64,000 nt of DNA, taken from a virus. Taxonomy: Duplodnaviria; Caudoviricetes. Below the pieces are notes generated by a model, which had not been told where the DNA came from, ran no database searches, and saw only the letters and a list, made by a program, of their open reading frames with translations. Shown piece after piece: positions 47,508 through 57,300 of this stretch. The stretch spans positions 64,001 to 128,000 of IMG/VR virus record IMGVR_UViG_3300013121_000005; one strand, given 5' to 3'. Numbering within the stretch: position 1 is the first letter of the stretch; every line of letters begins with the position of its first letter. A program made the position numbers and the translations under genes.

Positions 47508-48857
47508 ATGGCAGATGTCGGACAACGAGATCGGAAACCGGACCTAAGGGAGATTACTAAGCTTCCTTGGCCCGCACCTCCTTTGAACTTGTTCATGCTG
47601 GATGGGACACGCGGGGTCGTAGACCTTCGATGGGAGGACCCCGCGAACCTTTCCCTCAATAGTACGTTTCGGGTGCTTGGGGTTAACATCTACCGCTCAT
47701 TCGATTCGGAGTTCGGCCCATTTCATCAAATCTCTGACCTTCCGATAGGCTCAACATTCTGGCGGGACCAGACGGATAATGAGCTAGTGGTGGAGGAGGA
47801 GATTCCCTTGGGGGACTTCATTCTGTTCGGGGTGAAGTCCACGGGGTCGGATGCCCCTCGGTATGTTTTCAAGACCCTTCATTACCCCATAGTTGCAGAG
47901 GGAAGTCGTAACGTCCCCTCTAACAACCCTAGTGATGTTCGGGTTTTTGTAGATGGGGTGGAGGCTCGAATTCAAAAGGTCTCCGGGGTGACAGGGGAGA
48001 TTGAGATTGACGCGAACACGTACATTGATGTGGCGCGTCAGAAAACCTTTCCCCCAGTGGTACCTACAGCACAGAGTCGAGTGACGTGTACCTATCGATA
48101 CCCACGTAGTTTTCTCAAGACTGACTTGAATCAGCGGGTCTTCTACCGGGTTACTACGGTGGGGGTACCCGTGTCTTTTGACTTGTCTGTTCTTACGCCC
48201 CAGGATCTCCTTGAGACTCCGTTGGAGCATGCAGCGGCCACTAACACCTTCGAGATTGAGAAGCTTGACTACATTTGGAGGGAGGCCATTCGTCGTAACC
48301 GTTGGATCCTACAGCAAGGTGGGGAACGAGTTAGCGTCTTCCTGAGAAAAAATGTAGGAGTGCCGTGTCTTTGCGGCTCTTTTCATCACAAGCAGCCTCA
48401 GTCCGATTGCTTGAGTTGTTATGGGACTGGAATTTTGGGTGGGTACGAGGGGCCTTACGAAATCCTCGTAGCTCCGGATGATGCAGAGATAGCCATTCGC
48501 CAAAAGGATCTTGGGCGTATGGCTGAACATACCTATGAAGTATGGACAGGCCCAACTCCATTGTTGTGTCACCGTGATTTCATCCTGAAAATCAACGGAG
48601 ATCGGTACTCGGTAGGCCCAGTCAGAATGCCATCGAATCGAGGCAACATTCTTCAGCAACACTTTTCGATATCTTCGTTTGACGACAAGGACATTCGATA
48701 CAAAGTTCCAGTGGACCCCATTCGGCATTCTGCGGTTCAGTTTGGTCCGTCTGGGCCTGAGTTAGAAGCTAGCTCGAACATCACGAACAACCCCAACATT
48801 GGGGATGAACGTGAGATTCGTGGTCGTACGCTCGCTTGGAAGAATCAGAACTACTGA
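47508..48857 (+). CDS. neck/head-closure protein candidate (FN3-like N-terminus, Zn motif)
   Basis: PAPPLNL..LRW..GVNIYRS; GGERV..F.RK..G..C.C..CLSCYGTG..GGY. Confidence 0.55.
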   Translation: MADVGQRDRKPDLREITKLPWPAPPLNLFMLDGTRGVVDLRWEDPANLSLNSTFRVLGVNIYRSFDSEFGPFHQISDLPIGSTFWRDQTDNELVVEEEIPLGDFILFGVKSTGSDAPRYVFKTLHYPIVAEGSRNVPSNNPSDVRVFVDGVEARIQKVSGVTGEIEIDANTYIDVARQKTFPPVVPTAQSRVTCTYRYPRSFLKTDLNQRVFYRVTTVGVPVSFDLSVLTPQDLLETPLEHAAATNTFEIEKLDYIWREAIRRNRWILQQGGERVSVFLRKNVGVPCLCGSFHHKQPQSDCLSCYGTGILGGYEGPYEILVAPDDAEIAIRQKDLGRMAEHTYEVWTGPTPLLCHRDFILKINGDRYSVGPVRMPSNRGNILQQHFSISSFDDKDIRYKVPVDPIRHSAVQFGPSGPELEASSNITNNPNIGDEREIRGRTLAWKNQNY

Positions 48858-49357
48858 TGGATACTCTGGGTACCTTCTACGGAAAGCCTCTTGTTAGAGG
48901 GATTGGGGCAGCTCAAGACCGAGCCCTTAAGCTTCTACGTACAGAAGTTCTGAAGAGGGTTCGATCGAAGTTGGTCCAGTCGACCTTTTCTGACCGGGCG
49001 AAGAGGGCTTTTTCTAAAGCCTTGTCTGTGCGAATTGGTCCTTCATCTTTGACTTTGGTTGCCAAGCACCCAGCATTTGCGATGATGCTTAGAGGTCAAG
49101 CTAAGGGTCAGATGAAGTGGCTTGTGAAGGCCAAAGCTCCTATTCCTATCATTACTGAGTCCGGAGAGTTGATTTTTCGATCAGCTACCGCCCGATCTAT
49201 GCAGAATCGTAAGTGGATTCACCCTGGGAGGGGACCTCATGATTTTGTGGAGAAGGCGAAGAAGGAGTCGAAGGAAGCAATTCGGGAGCGGTTGGTAAAG
49301 GAGTTGAGGTCGGCTGCGAAACAGGCTGCTCTAGATGCTCGGCGGGGGCGTAGATGA
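48857..49357 (+). CDS. tail-completion/neck protein candidate (HK97 gp10-like)
   Basis: Basic protein ending KWIHPGRGPHDFVEKA; TGATG overlap. Confidence 0.5.
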   Translation: MDTLGTFYGKPLVRGIGAAQDRALKLLRTEVLKRVRSKLVQSTFSDRAKRAFSKALSVRIGPSSLTLVAKHPAFAMMLRGQAKGQMKWLVKAKAPIPIITESGELIFRSATARSMQNRKWIHPGRGPHDFVEKAKKESKEAIRERLVKELRSAAKQAALDARRGRR

Positions 49358-49983
49358 ATCCAGGTGATTTGGTTGTATGTGGGGTGGTTACAGACGTTCT
49401 TCTGGAGGACATCCGTATTTCTGTGCCAAAAGGGCATGCTGTGACAATACCTGCGGACCTGGCACTTCGTTCTATTGACCTTCACCGTCAACTTTCAGCG
49501 GGGACCATTTTTCAGCTTAACGTAAACAGCCTTCTTAGCCTCAAAGTTCGACCAGAGCCAGACGTCCCCAGGGAAGAGCAGCAGCAGGTTTCACAAGGCA
49601 GGGTCCCTTCTCAAGAGGCTTTGACGCTTCAGGCGGAGGTCAATAGGCTTCAGGCGGAGGTCAGTAGACTTCAAACTGAGAATGCTGACCTTCGAGCCTT
49701 TAACGAAAAGATCAATGCGCGGTTTGATGAAGTTGTAGGGATGCTTCGACACCAGCAGCCTTCTTCATCGTCGGCTCAAAAGGCATTGGTTTCCTCCTTG
49801 AGAGAGGAGGAAGGTAACGTTCCATTGTACATTCCAGCCCAAATCCGTCCCGAGGTAGACGCCCTGCGAATTGAAACTCAAGAGAAAACTTCGGAGTCTG
49901 CTGGGGTGAATCAAGCTGCGGGGGCACTAAAGCGGTTCAAGAGGCAGTTGGGGACGGGGGGGTCGGGGACGGGGGACCAATAA
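49354..49983 (+). CDS. hypothetical coiled-coil protein
   Basis: LQAEVNR-LQAEVSR-LQTENAD heptads. Confidence 0.7.
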   Translation: MNPGDLVVCGVVTDVLLEDIRISVPKGHAVTIPADLALRSIDLHRQLSAGTIFQLNVNSLLSLKVRPEPDVPREEQQQVSQGRVPSQEALTLQAEVNRLQAEVSRLQTENADLRAFNEKINARFDEVVGMLRHQQPSSSSAQKALVSSLREEEGNVPLYIPAQIRPEVDALRIETQEKTSESAGVNQAAGALKRFKRQLGTGGSGTGDQ

Positions 49984-50033
49984 AGTTCTTTCGGGTAGGG
50001 GCTAACAGGAACCATCTTTAGGGAGAGACGCCA

Positions 50034-50708
50034 ATGCACACTCTTGTTCGAGCCCGAGACCTTGCCTGGAAGGTAGCTGCTGTTGTTCTTTGGAAGTACA
50101 CGGACGACGACGGCAAGGAGTTCTACCTCCCGGAGAAGAAGACCGGGACGATGAAGAGCCCCTACACGGGTAAGAGCTTCACGGTGAAGCCGGAGAAGTC
50201 GTCCCTCAGTGATGTGAGCAAGGAGCTGAAGGAGGAGGATGCCAAGGTTAAGGGGGCCCTCTTCAAGTACACGGACGACGATGGCAAGGAGTTCTACTTA
50301 CCTCAGCGGGTGACGGGCACGCTCAAGAGCCCTTACACGGGCAAGAGCTTTACGCCTAAGGCGGAGAAGTCGACCCTCAGCGATGTGGGTAAGGAGCTGA
50401 AGCAAGACGCGAAGACGAAGACGGCCACCTCCGAAGAGCAGTGGGAGCTGGCAGCCGAGATCCTTGACAAGGGGGAGGCCCACCCAGCTATTAAGGCTCT
50501 TAAAGTTCAGTACGACAAGATCCTAAGTGGTATCAAAGAGGCTGCTGAACGTTCCGCTAGGATGAAGAGGGTGGGGGTAGGTCGTACTGAGGACCCTACT
50601 CTTGTGCTTGCTCACGTCATGCCTGAGATTAAGGAGCTGGGTGAAACGGCTGAGGTTATCGCTAAGCAGATGATACAGCGATTCAAGCCGAAGAGTCCGG
50701 GTTGGTGA
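50034..50708 (+). CDS. protein with duplicated 57-aa module
   Basis: KYTDDDGKEFYLP..G..KSPYTGKSFT.K.EKS.LSDV.KELK twice (period 171 nt, from 50094 and 50265). Confidence 0.8.
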   Translation: MHTLVRARDLAWKVAAVVLWKYTDDDGKEFYLPEKKTGTMKSPYTGKSFTVKPEKSSLSDVSKELKEEDAKVKGALFKYTDDDGKEFYLPQRVTGTLKSPYTGKSFTPKAEKSTLSDVGKELKQDAKTKTATSEEQWELAAEILDKGEAHPAIKALKVQYDKILSGIKEAAERSARMKRVGVGRTEDPTLVLAHVMPEIKELGETAEVIAKQMIQRFKPKSPGW

Positions 50709-50713
50709 GCCAT

Positions 50714-51430
50714 ATGAAGAACCTTCTCGCATGGAAGAGTAGGTCTGCGTCTGAGATGGCGCCTCCCGCAACTTACCCAGGGATGGCTCCGCTTCCTCCC
50801 TCCAAGGGGGATGCAACCCAAGTTATTTGGCATGACCCTTCCACCTATGACCCTTACTTCCATGGGCCCCCGTATCTACCTGGGGTGCAAGGCCATCTAG
50901 ATCGGACAGCTTCAATGAAGAGCAGTGCAGAATTGGTTGTAGCGGGGCAAGAGCTTCCCGTAGCTTTGACGTTGCTACGGGCTCTTGGTGTTGTGCATCA
51001 AACTCACCACTGGCTTACTAAGGGTCCCAACTACTATGCCGACCATCTCCTGTTCGAGAGGGTTTACAGCCCCCTTGCTGAGGAGATTGATAGCCTTGCT
51101 GAAAGAGCTGTTGGGACTGGCTCTCCTTCAGTCCTTCTGCACCCCGCTATTCAAGCACGAAAGGCAGCAGAGATCGTTGAATCTCTGTGTGATGGGGTAG
51201 ACTATGAGGAAGGTGCAAACACAGAGTCCTATGTGGCTGCCAGCCTAAGAGCTGAACAGTGGTTCGTTTCTTTCATGAAGAAAGTTGCTGAATCAATGAA
51301 GGCATCCGGGACGCTTTCTCGGGGGATGGACAACCTACTTGCTGGCATTGAGGATAAGCACGAAGAGCATATCTATTTGCTTTCGCAACGACACAAGACA
51401 GCCTCTGACCCGTGGAAGATCACTGAGTAG
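50714..51430 (+). CDS. Dps/ferritin-like protein
   Basis: HHWLTKGPNYYADHLLFERVY..EIDSLAER ferroxidase motif; EEHIYLL. Confidence 0.8.
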   Translation: MKNLLAWKSRSASEMAPPATYPGMAPLPPSKGDATQVIWHDPSTYDPYFHGPPYLPGVQGHLDRTASMKSSAELVVAGQELPVALTLLRALGVVHQTHHWLTKGPNYYADHLLFERVYSPLAEEIDSLAERAVGTGSPSVLLHPAIQARKAAEIVESLCDGVDYEEGANTESYVAASLRAEQWFVSFMKKVAESMKASGTLSRGMDNLLAGIEDKHEEHIYLLSQRHKTASDPWKITE

Positions 51431-51448
51431 CTTGAGTAGTAATACCAG

Positions 51449-52501
51449 ATGAAAAGGAAGATGAGTATGTCAAACGAAGAATCAATGGAGCCTGGTGTTG
51501 GGCTTGATGTCGGGACGATGAACATTGTTTCCGCCCGCCAGGCGGAGGACCGAACTCAAACAAGACGAGTTCGGGACGCTTTTATCGACTTAGACGTTGA
51601 AGCTAAACGATCGCTCCGAATGTCTAAGGTGAGCTACATCGAGAAGGGGGGTCAGCTCATTGTCATTGGGGATAGTGCCCTGGACATGGCCAACCTCTTC
51701 AATCGGGAAGTTCGTCGTCCTCTTGCTAAGGGGCTTATCTCCCCTGGGGAGTTGGATGCTCAAGAAGTTCTATCCTTGATGATTTTTCAGGTTCTTGGCG
51801 AGCCTCTCCGGCATGGGGAGCATTGCTACTACAGTGTTCCTGCTGAGCCTGTTGATGTCCCGGACCAAGATGTGGCCTATCATCGTGAGGTCTTCAAGAG
51901 CATCATAGCTGAGCATGGGTACACCCCTCACCCAATGAATGAGGCTTTGGCAATTATCTACAGCCAGTGCGCTCAGGAGCAATTCTCTGGGTTGGCCATT
52001 TCGTATGGCTCAGGTATGTGCAATGTTGCTCTGTCTTACCAAACGATGATGGGGCTTGACTTTTCAATCTCTCGGGGTGGGGATTGGATTGATCTTCATG
52101 CTGCTAAGGCGTTGGGGTCTACGGCAGCTCGTATGTGCTCCATTAAGGAGAAGGGGGGTTTCAATTTGGCAAGTCCCCCGAGAGGCAATCGGGAGGCAGA
52201 GGCCCTCTCCCTTTATATCCGAAGCCTTATCTCCTACAGTTTGGAGAAGATTGCTGTCCAATTCCGGAAGGATTCAGGGAAGGTGAATCTTCCTACTCCG
52301 ATTCCATTCGTGGTAAGTGGGGGGACTACGAAGGCTGAGGGGTTCATGTCCCTTTTCGAGGAGGAATTCGCTTCAATCAGGAAGAGGGGGTTCCCCATTG
52401 AAATTTCGGAAATTCGTCGGGCTAAGGACCCTATGACAGCCGTTGCAGAAGGTCTTCTGGTTCTTGCTTTGCAAGAGGAAGAAGAGACTCGTGGGGCCTG
52501 A
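51449..52501 (+). CDS. actin-fold ATPase (FtsA/MreB/ParM-like)
   Basis: Phosphate 1 GLDVGTMNI, connect NEALA, phosphate 2 SYGSGMCN, adenosine VSGGTT, C-terminal DPMTAVAEG. Confidence 0.8.
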   Translation: MKRKMSMSNEESMEPGVGLDVGTMNIVSARQAEDRTQTRRVRDAFIDLDVEAKRSLRMSKVSYIEKGGQLIVIGDSALDMANLFNREVRRPLAKGLISPGELDAQEVLSLMIFQVLGEPLRHGEHCYYSVPAEPVDVPDQDVAYHREVFKSIIAEHGYTPHPMNEALAIIYSQCAQEQFSGLAISYGSGMCNVALSYQTMMGLDFSISRGGDWIDLHAAKALGSTAARMCSIKEKGGFNLASPPRGNREAEALSLYIRSLISYSLEKIAVQFRKDSGKVNLPTPIPFVVSGGTTKAEGFMSLFEEEFASIRKRGFPIEISEIRRAKDPMTAVAEGLLVLALQEEEETRGA

Positions 52502-53694
52502 TGTACTACTACCTGATTTCGTCTCTCAAGCGTCGTTTGATCTTGGAGCTTCAGGATAGCTTCACACGGCACCCTGTTTACAATAAGGCTGTACCCTACA
52601 TACAGAACAAGTATGCATTTGAGGAGAGGCCCCAGTTTGGCATTGTTGTCAAGGGGTCCTCTGCCAACAAGGTTCAACTGTCTAGCGAGAACTTTGTTGG
52701 GACAATTGAGAGTCATATCATGCTCTCCTATATGGAGACTCCTGCTTTCCTTGTTGAGTGGGCAAGGGAGGATTTGGCTAGGGTTCAGGAGAACAATGGG
52801 GTAATGCCAATTGCCCCTGGGGTTTACTACCTTGAGTGCCTGACAGTCCCTACCCATGCGGGGGAGTCGGGTACTTTTGTGGTAGACCCTCTTTTGTCAG
52901 TCGTGGATGAGCCGTTGCTCCTTGTGCGGTCTGGAGTTGAAACGGAAGCTGTTCTTCAAAATTCGCCCGTCGAGCAGACCTTGCGAATTTGGGAAGACCG
53001 GAGGATCCTTCTGACTGAGGGTCAGGATTACTCTGTTGACTACCTTACAAGAAGGGTGACTTTGAAGAGTCGCTTGCCCCCCGGTTCAGTCTTGACGGCT
53101 GACTATAGGTATGCAGCAGATTCCATTGGTCCAGTTGCGTGGAAGTGGAACACTGCTGACTTCAACACTCTACCTGGGGTTGTTTTGGCGTTTGGGAAGC
53201 GAGGTAAGCCTGGGGATAAAATGGCACTTGTAGTCTACGCAGATCGAGTAGACACCGCCCTAGCTTATGGTGGTAGGTCTGACGTCAGTTTCGATCTGGA
53301 TGTTATTGCCACGGACCCTAGTCAAGCGGAGGAGATGGCTGACTTCGCGACAATGGTTCTTTGGGGCGAAAAGCGTTCTCGTCTCTCTGCTGAGGGTGTC
53401 GAAGTTGTTGACGTTTCAATTGGAGGGGAGGCGGAGGAAGCGTACGATGAAACGGCCGACCACTACTACTATACAATTTCATTGTCGGTCCAATTCCAAG
53501 CGGATTGGGAGGTCCATATCCCACTTCCGCTCACAATCAGTAAGGTAGTAGCTGCAACTCGTCAGGCTGAGGAGTCTGTTACTGTGGATCGACGTGGGGG
53601 TGCTTCAAGTCTTATCCCTACTGAAGGCGGCCTGTTCTTCGCTACGACCCCAGTGCTTGTTGGGCGAAACAACTTCTACGAGAGAATCACATGA
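52501..53694 (+). CDS. tail terminator/sheath-stabiliser candidate
   Basis: Beta-rich; DVSFDLDVIATD..YYTISLSVQFQADW; upstream of the sheath gene. Confidence 0.45.
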   Translation: MYYYLISSLKRRLILELQDSFTRHPVYNKAVPYIQNKYAFEERPQFGIVVKGSSANKVQLSSENFVGTIESHIMLSYMETPAFLVEWAREDLARVQENNGVMPIAPGVYYLECLTVPTHAGESGTFVVDPLLSVVDEPLLLVRSGVETEAVLQNSPVEQTLRIWEDRRILLTEGQDYSVDYLTRRVTLKSRLPPGSVLTADYRYAADSIGPVAWKWNTADFNTLPGVVLAFGKRGKPGDKMALVVYADRVDTALAYGGRSDVSFDLDVIATDPSQAEEMADFATMVLWGEKRSRLSAEGVEVVDVSIGGEAEEAYDETADHYYYTISLSVQFQADWEVHIPLPLTISKVVAATRQAEESVTVDRRGGASSLIPTEGGLFFATTPVLVGRNNFYERIT

Positions 53695-53715
53695 AGACAG
53701 ATGGAGAGTCCCCCA

Positions 53716-54147
53716 ATGCCGAAGTATGTTTTTGAATGTCAGTTATGTTCGGTTCGTTTTGAGAGGACCTTGAGCATAGGGGAGCACCCAACGCATTCTT
53801 GCCCTAAGTGCAAGGAAGAAGCTCCTCGACTCTTTACTGGTTTCATGTTTGCTTTCGCAGCAGGTGGTTCTTCCCCCGCTAATTCGGGGGTTCATGATCA
53901 TGACTACCCTACAGCGGATAAGATTGTGGGGCGTAGCGCAGTAGAGCGTTGGGAAGAGTATCGAGAACGGGATAAGGTGAAGAGAAAAGTCCGTGAGTTG
54001 GGGGGTACAGAAGCTCTTCTTCGAGTGGATGGGGATGGATTTGTCGAGTATGACGCTATGACCCCAGATGATAAGAAGGTTCGAGAGACGGTTGTGGATT
54101 ATGCTGTCACCATGGAGCACCAACCTAAACTCGACGGGGGTCAATAA
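53716..54147 (+). CDS. FmdB-like zinc-ribbon protein
   Basis: MPKYVFECQLCSVRFE..CPKC..R.F. Confidence 0.78.
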   Translation: MPKYVFECQLCSVRFERTLSIGEHPTHSCPKCKEEAPRLFTGFMFAFAAGGSSPANSGVHDHDYPTADKIVGRSAVERWEEYRERDKVKRKVRELGGTEALLRVDGDGFVEYDAMTPDDKKVRETVVDYAVTMEHQPKLDGGQ

Positions 54148-54183
54148 AGCATTGTTTTACCCCCTACGGGTAGAAGAGAACCC

Positions 54184-54325
54184 ATCCGGCTTATGGCTCG
54201 GGACTTCGAGGCACCGGATTTAGATGTACTTCAGATCAGACCCAGATAAGCCCCCTTTCGGGGGGAAGCCTTGATAAGTCGTATAGATGCAGACCCAGAT
54301 GCATAAGGCTCTGACCTGAGGAGAA
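54184..54325 (+). promoter_or_regulatory. structured leader of tail sheath gene with AGACCCAGAT/AGATG repeats
   Basis: ATCCGG..CCGGAT stem, CCCCC-TTTCG-GGGGG hairpin, AGACCCAGAT at 54238 and 54291. Confidence 0.5.
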
Positions 54326-54329
54326 TCGG

Positions 54330-57300
54330 ATGGCTCTCGGACCGTTTGACCCGTACGTCCCCCCTGGAGTGTACAGCCGTAGTTTGACGGAGGCTAATGT
54401 AGCGTCGTTGATCGCTGGCCTTCGTATCCCAACTCTTATTGGTGTTGGCCAAGAGGAATTGGAGCAGCTTGACCTGGAAATGGTTAGGGGTTCTAGTTCT
54501 ACTTTGGACCAGAAGGTCACCAATGAGGACGTGACGGCTCGTTGGGTGGTGAGTGACGTCAACCCTCAAAACCTTGTCCTTGGGGTTAACAGTGGGGCTT
54601 TGACTCGATTCGTTGTGCGAAACTTCCCCATTGTCGATGGGCAGGGGTTTGGCCGTACAACGAATGATGTTCGGTCCGTGGCTGTCACTGTGGATGGGGT
54701 CCCAGTGGCAGTGGGTGCGGTTCGAGGGGCAACGGGAGAAATCATCCTTCAAGTCCCCCCTCCCCCCGGTGGGGTGGTGCGATGCACCTACTTCTTCCAC
54801 CGTGGGGATACAGCTTTTACGGATGATGTGTCTAGTCAGGTGACTACGACCAATGCGGAGATCACAACCCCTGGGTACGAGACCTTCGCTATCGTATCTG
54901 GCTCCAACGACATTTTCAAGATCAAGGTCAATGGGCTAGAAGCCACGGTGGTTTTTGTGGCTGCTGCGGCGGCTACGGCTTCGTCCCTCAAGACTCAAAT
55001 CGATGCAGCAGCTATCCCTGGGCTTGCAACCTCGGTATTTACTGCTAACAACGGTGCTCTTCAACTGAAGTTCTCAGCCACCACTTCGTTGGAGATTGGG
55101 GATGGTACGGCTAACGGCGTCCTTGGCTTGTCCGCAGGTCAAAAGACTGCACGTAACGTTAGTTTCCGCACCTTCCAGCGTCCCATTGTGGATGGGACCT
55201 CTGGAGGTATTACAACTACGGATACCTCCAAAGTTGTTGTTAAGGTCAATAGCGTACAGGTCATCCCTACCTCGGTAGATGGGACGAATGGCGTTGTAAC
55301 TCTGCCTACAGCCCCGCCCCCTGGGGCTGTTGTCCAGATTACGTACTTTGCCAATACCTGGCAGGATACGTTCGACTATCTCCCAAATACTTTGGTCACC
55401 AATGTGATCCGAGCTGGGATTTCGTCTGGGCGTTCGGATTACATTCAGAATCAGGACTTCGTGATCTCAAATCCGAGTCCAGATGTCTCGATTATCCATT
55501 GGGGCACCAGCTACTCTATTTCGTCAACCTTGCGGTCCCCTGGGGCAGAGCCCTTTGACGACTCACAGATTACCCCTACGCTTGTAGATGACAAGCTTTG
55601 GAATGCTTTGTGTACGAGGTACGTAGACACCTCAGTTACACCAGCAAAGACGTCTTCTACTGAGTTCTTGCTTCCTGCTGTTCCTACTACGGGCAATGGT
55701 CGGGATTCGGTCCTAGGCCAAACACTCTATAGTACGGTAACGAATAGTCGGCAGAGCAGCCTTACAACCTCTCGTCCGGATCTTGTCGTGGTTCGTGTAG
55801 GTCGAACCCTTCGGGATGCTCTTGGGCGCCCAGCAGCCAAGGTGCTTGCGGTGGACGGGCCTAATCGTAAGGTCACATTGAAGGATCCGGTCCCTCCGGA
55901 TTTCAATGCTTATGCGACATTCTACTACAATCGAATCACGGACGACACCTTCATTTTGACCAACAAGACTCCTGGTCCAATTGGGTCTGGGCAGTTTGAG
56001 GTCTTCAGCACCCTGTTCAACACGAACCTGATGCAGGTCCGGTTCGGGGTGAAGGGTGGCGGTCTGGTTGACACGGTTCAGTGGCCACGTGGTGTGGAGC
56101 AGATTCCAGATGCTTTCCATTTTGGGGGCACCCCGGTTTCTGAGACGGTCACGGTGACCTTTGGGACCTCGGCTGCTACAAGTGCCGTGTACACCAATAA
56201 GGGGGCAGGCCCCTGGTCGTTCTACACTCCGTCTTCGGCCACTTGGCGCACCATCGTCAATGGGGTGACAGTTACGACCAGCCTTGCTGTGGCGACAAGG
56301 GGTTACCTTGTCTCGCAGTTGGTGGCTCTTTCGGGTGGTGGTTTGGCTATCACTTTGGGCACCAATGACCAGTTGGAGCTTACAATTGATGGGACCAACA
56401 TTTCGGTAACTCTGCCGAATGGTGTGGCCGTTACCCCTGCGGCAATTGCAACTGCGGTCAACGCAGCGATCGACGCAAACATCGCCTTCTCTGGCACGGC
56501 TCCGAACAATCTGTTCACGCCGGTACCCAGCACGAATGCAACGTACTTTGTCCTACGTAGCTACTCAACCCCAGCGGCGCTTCCTGGGGGGTTTGACCAC
56601 AAGTCTTACGCTTCGATCCGGCAAGGTACTGCGGAAACGACGCTTGGGTTCACGACCTTCCAGCGTGCAGACGGGACTCCTACAGCGGTTAATAAGCCAG
56701 CTACGTTGCTTAGCTCGTTGGCTCAGCCCTACGCTTTTACGAGTGGCGTAGATGATACGTTCAAGGTTCGGATTGATGGTGTTGACTTCACGGTCACCAT
56801 CAACCCAGCCTCGACGACAGCAACCCTTGTAGCTGCGGACATCAATGCCGTCATTGCATCGAAGGGTGTGGCGAGCGTAGGTACGCTCGGCAACTTGAAC
56901 AAGATCCGCATTACGAGCAACTCGAACTCGGACCAGTCGTCGGTGCTCATCCTCAATGGGACGTCAAACCCAATTCTAGGCTTTAGCGAGGGAAGCTTCG
57001 CAAGCCAAACTCGGGTTGGAGTCCAAGAGGTAGTGGATCGGCTCATGGACACCGTGAACTTTGCGGTGACCACGTGGTCTCCCCCAACTCCCCTTGCAAC
57101 GGGCGCAGTGGCGTATCCTTCGACGATTGGCGGGGCCACCTACCTAACAATTGCGTCGGTGGTCGTGGGTACAACGTCTTCGATTGGATTTGCTACAGGA
57201 ACCAACTCGGCTTTCAATGTCCTTACCGGCACTCAGATTACACCTGGGACGGACGGGGATACGGGCGAGGCAGCCTACGACAACTTCGTGGTCACCTCTA

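Noticed and set aside
50094-50402. Diversity-generating retroelement TR/VR pair
   Set aside because: Both copies are in frame in one gene, differences are not adenine-specific, and no reverse transcriptase is present.
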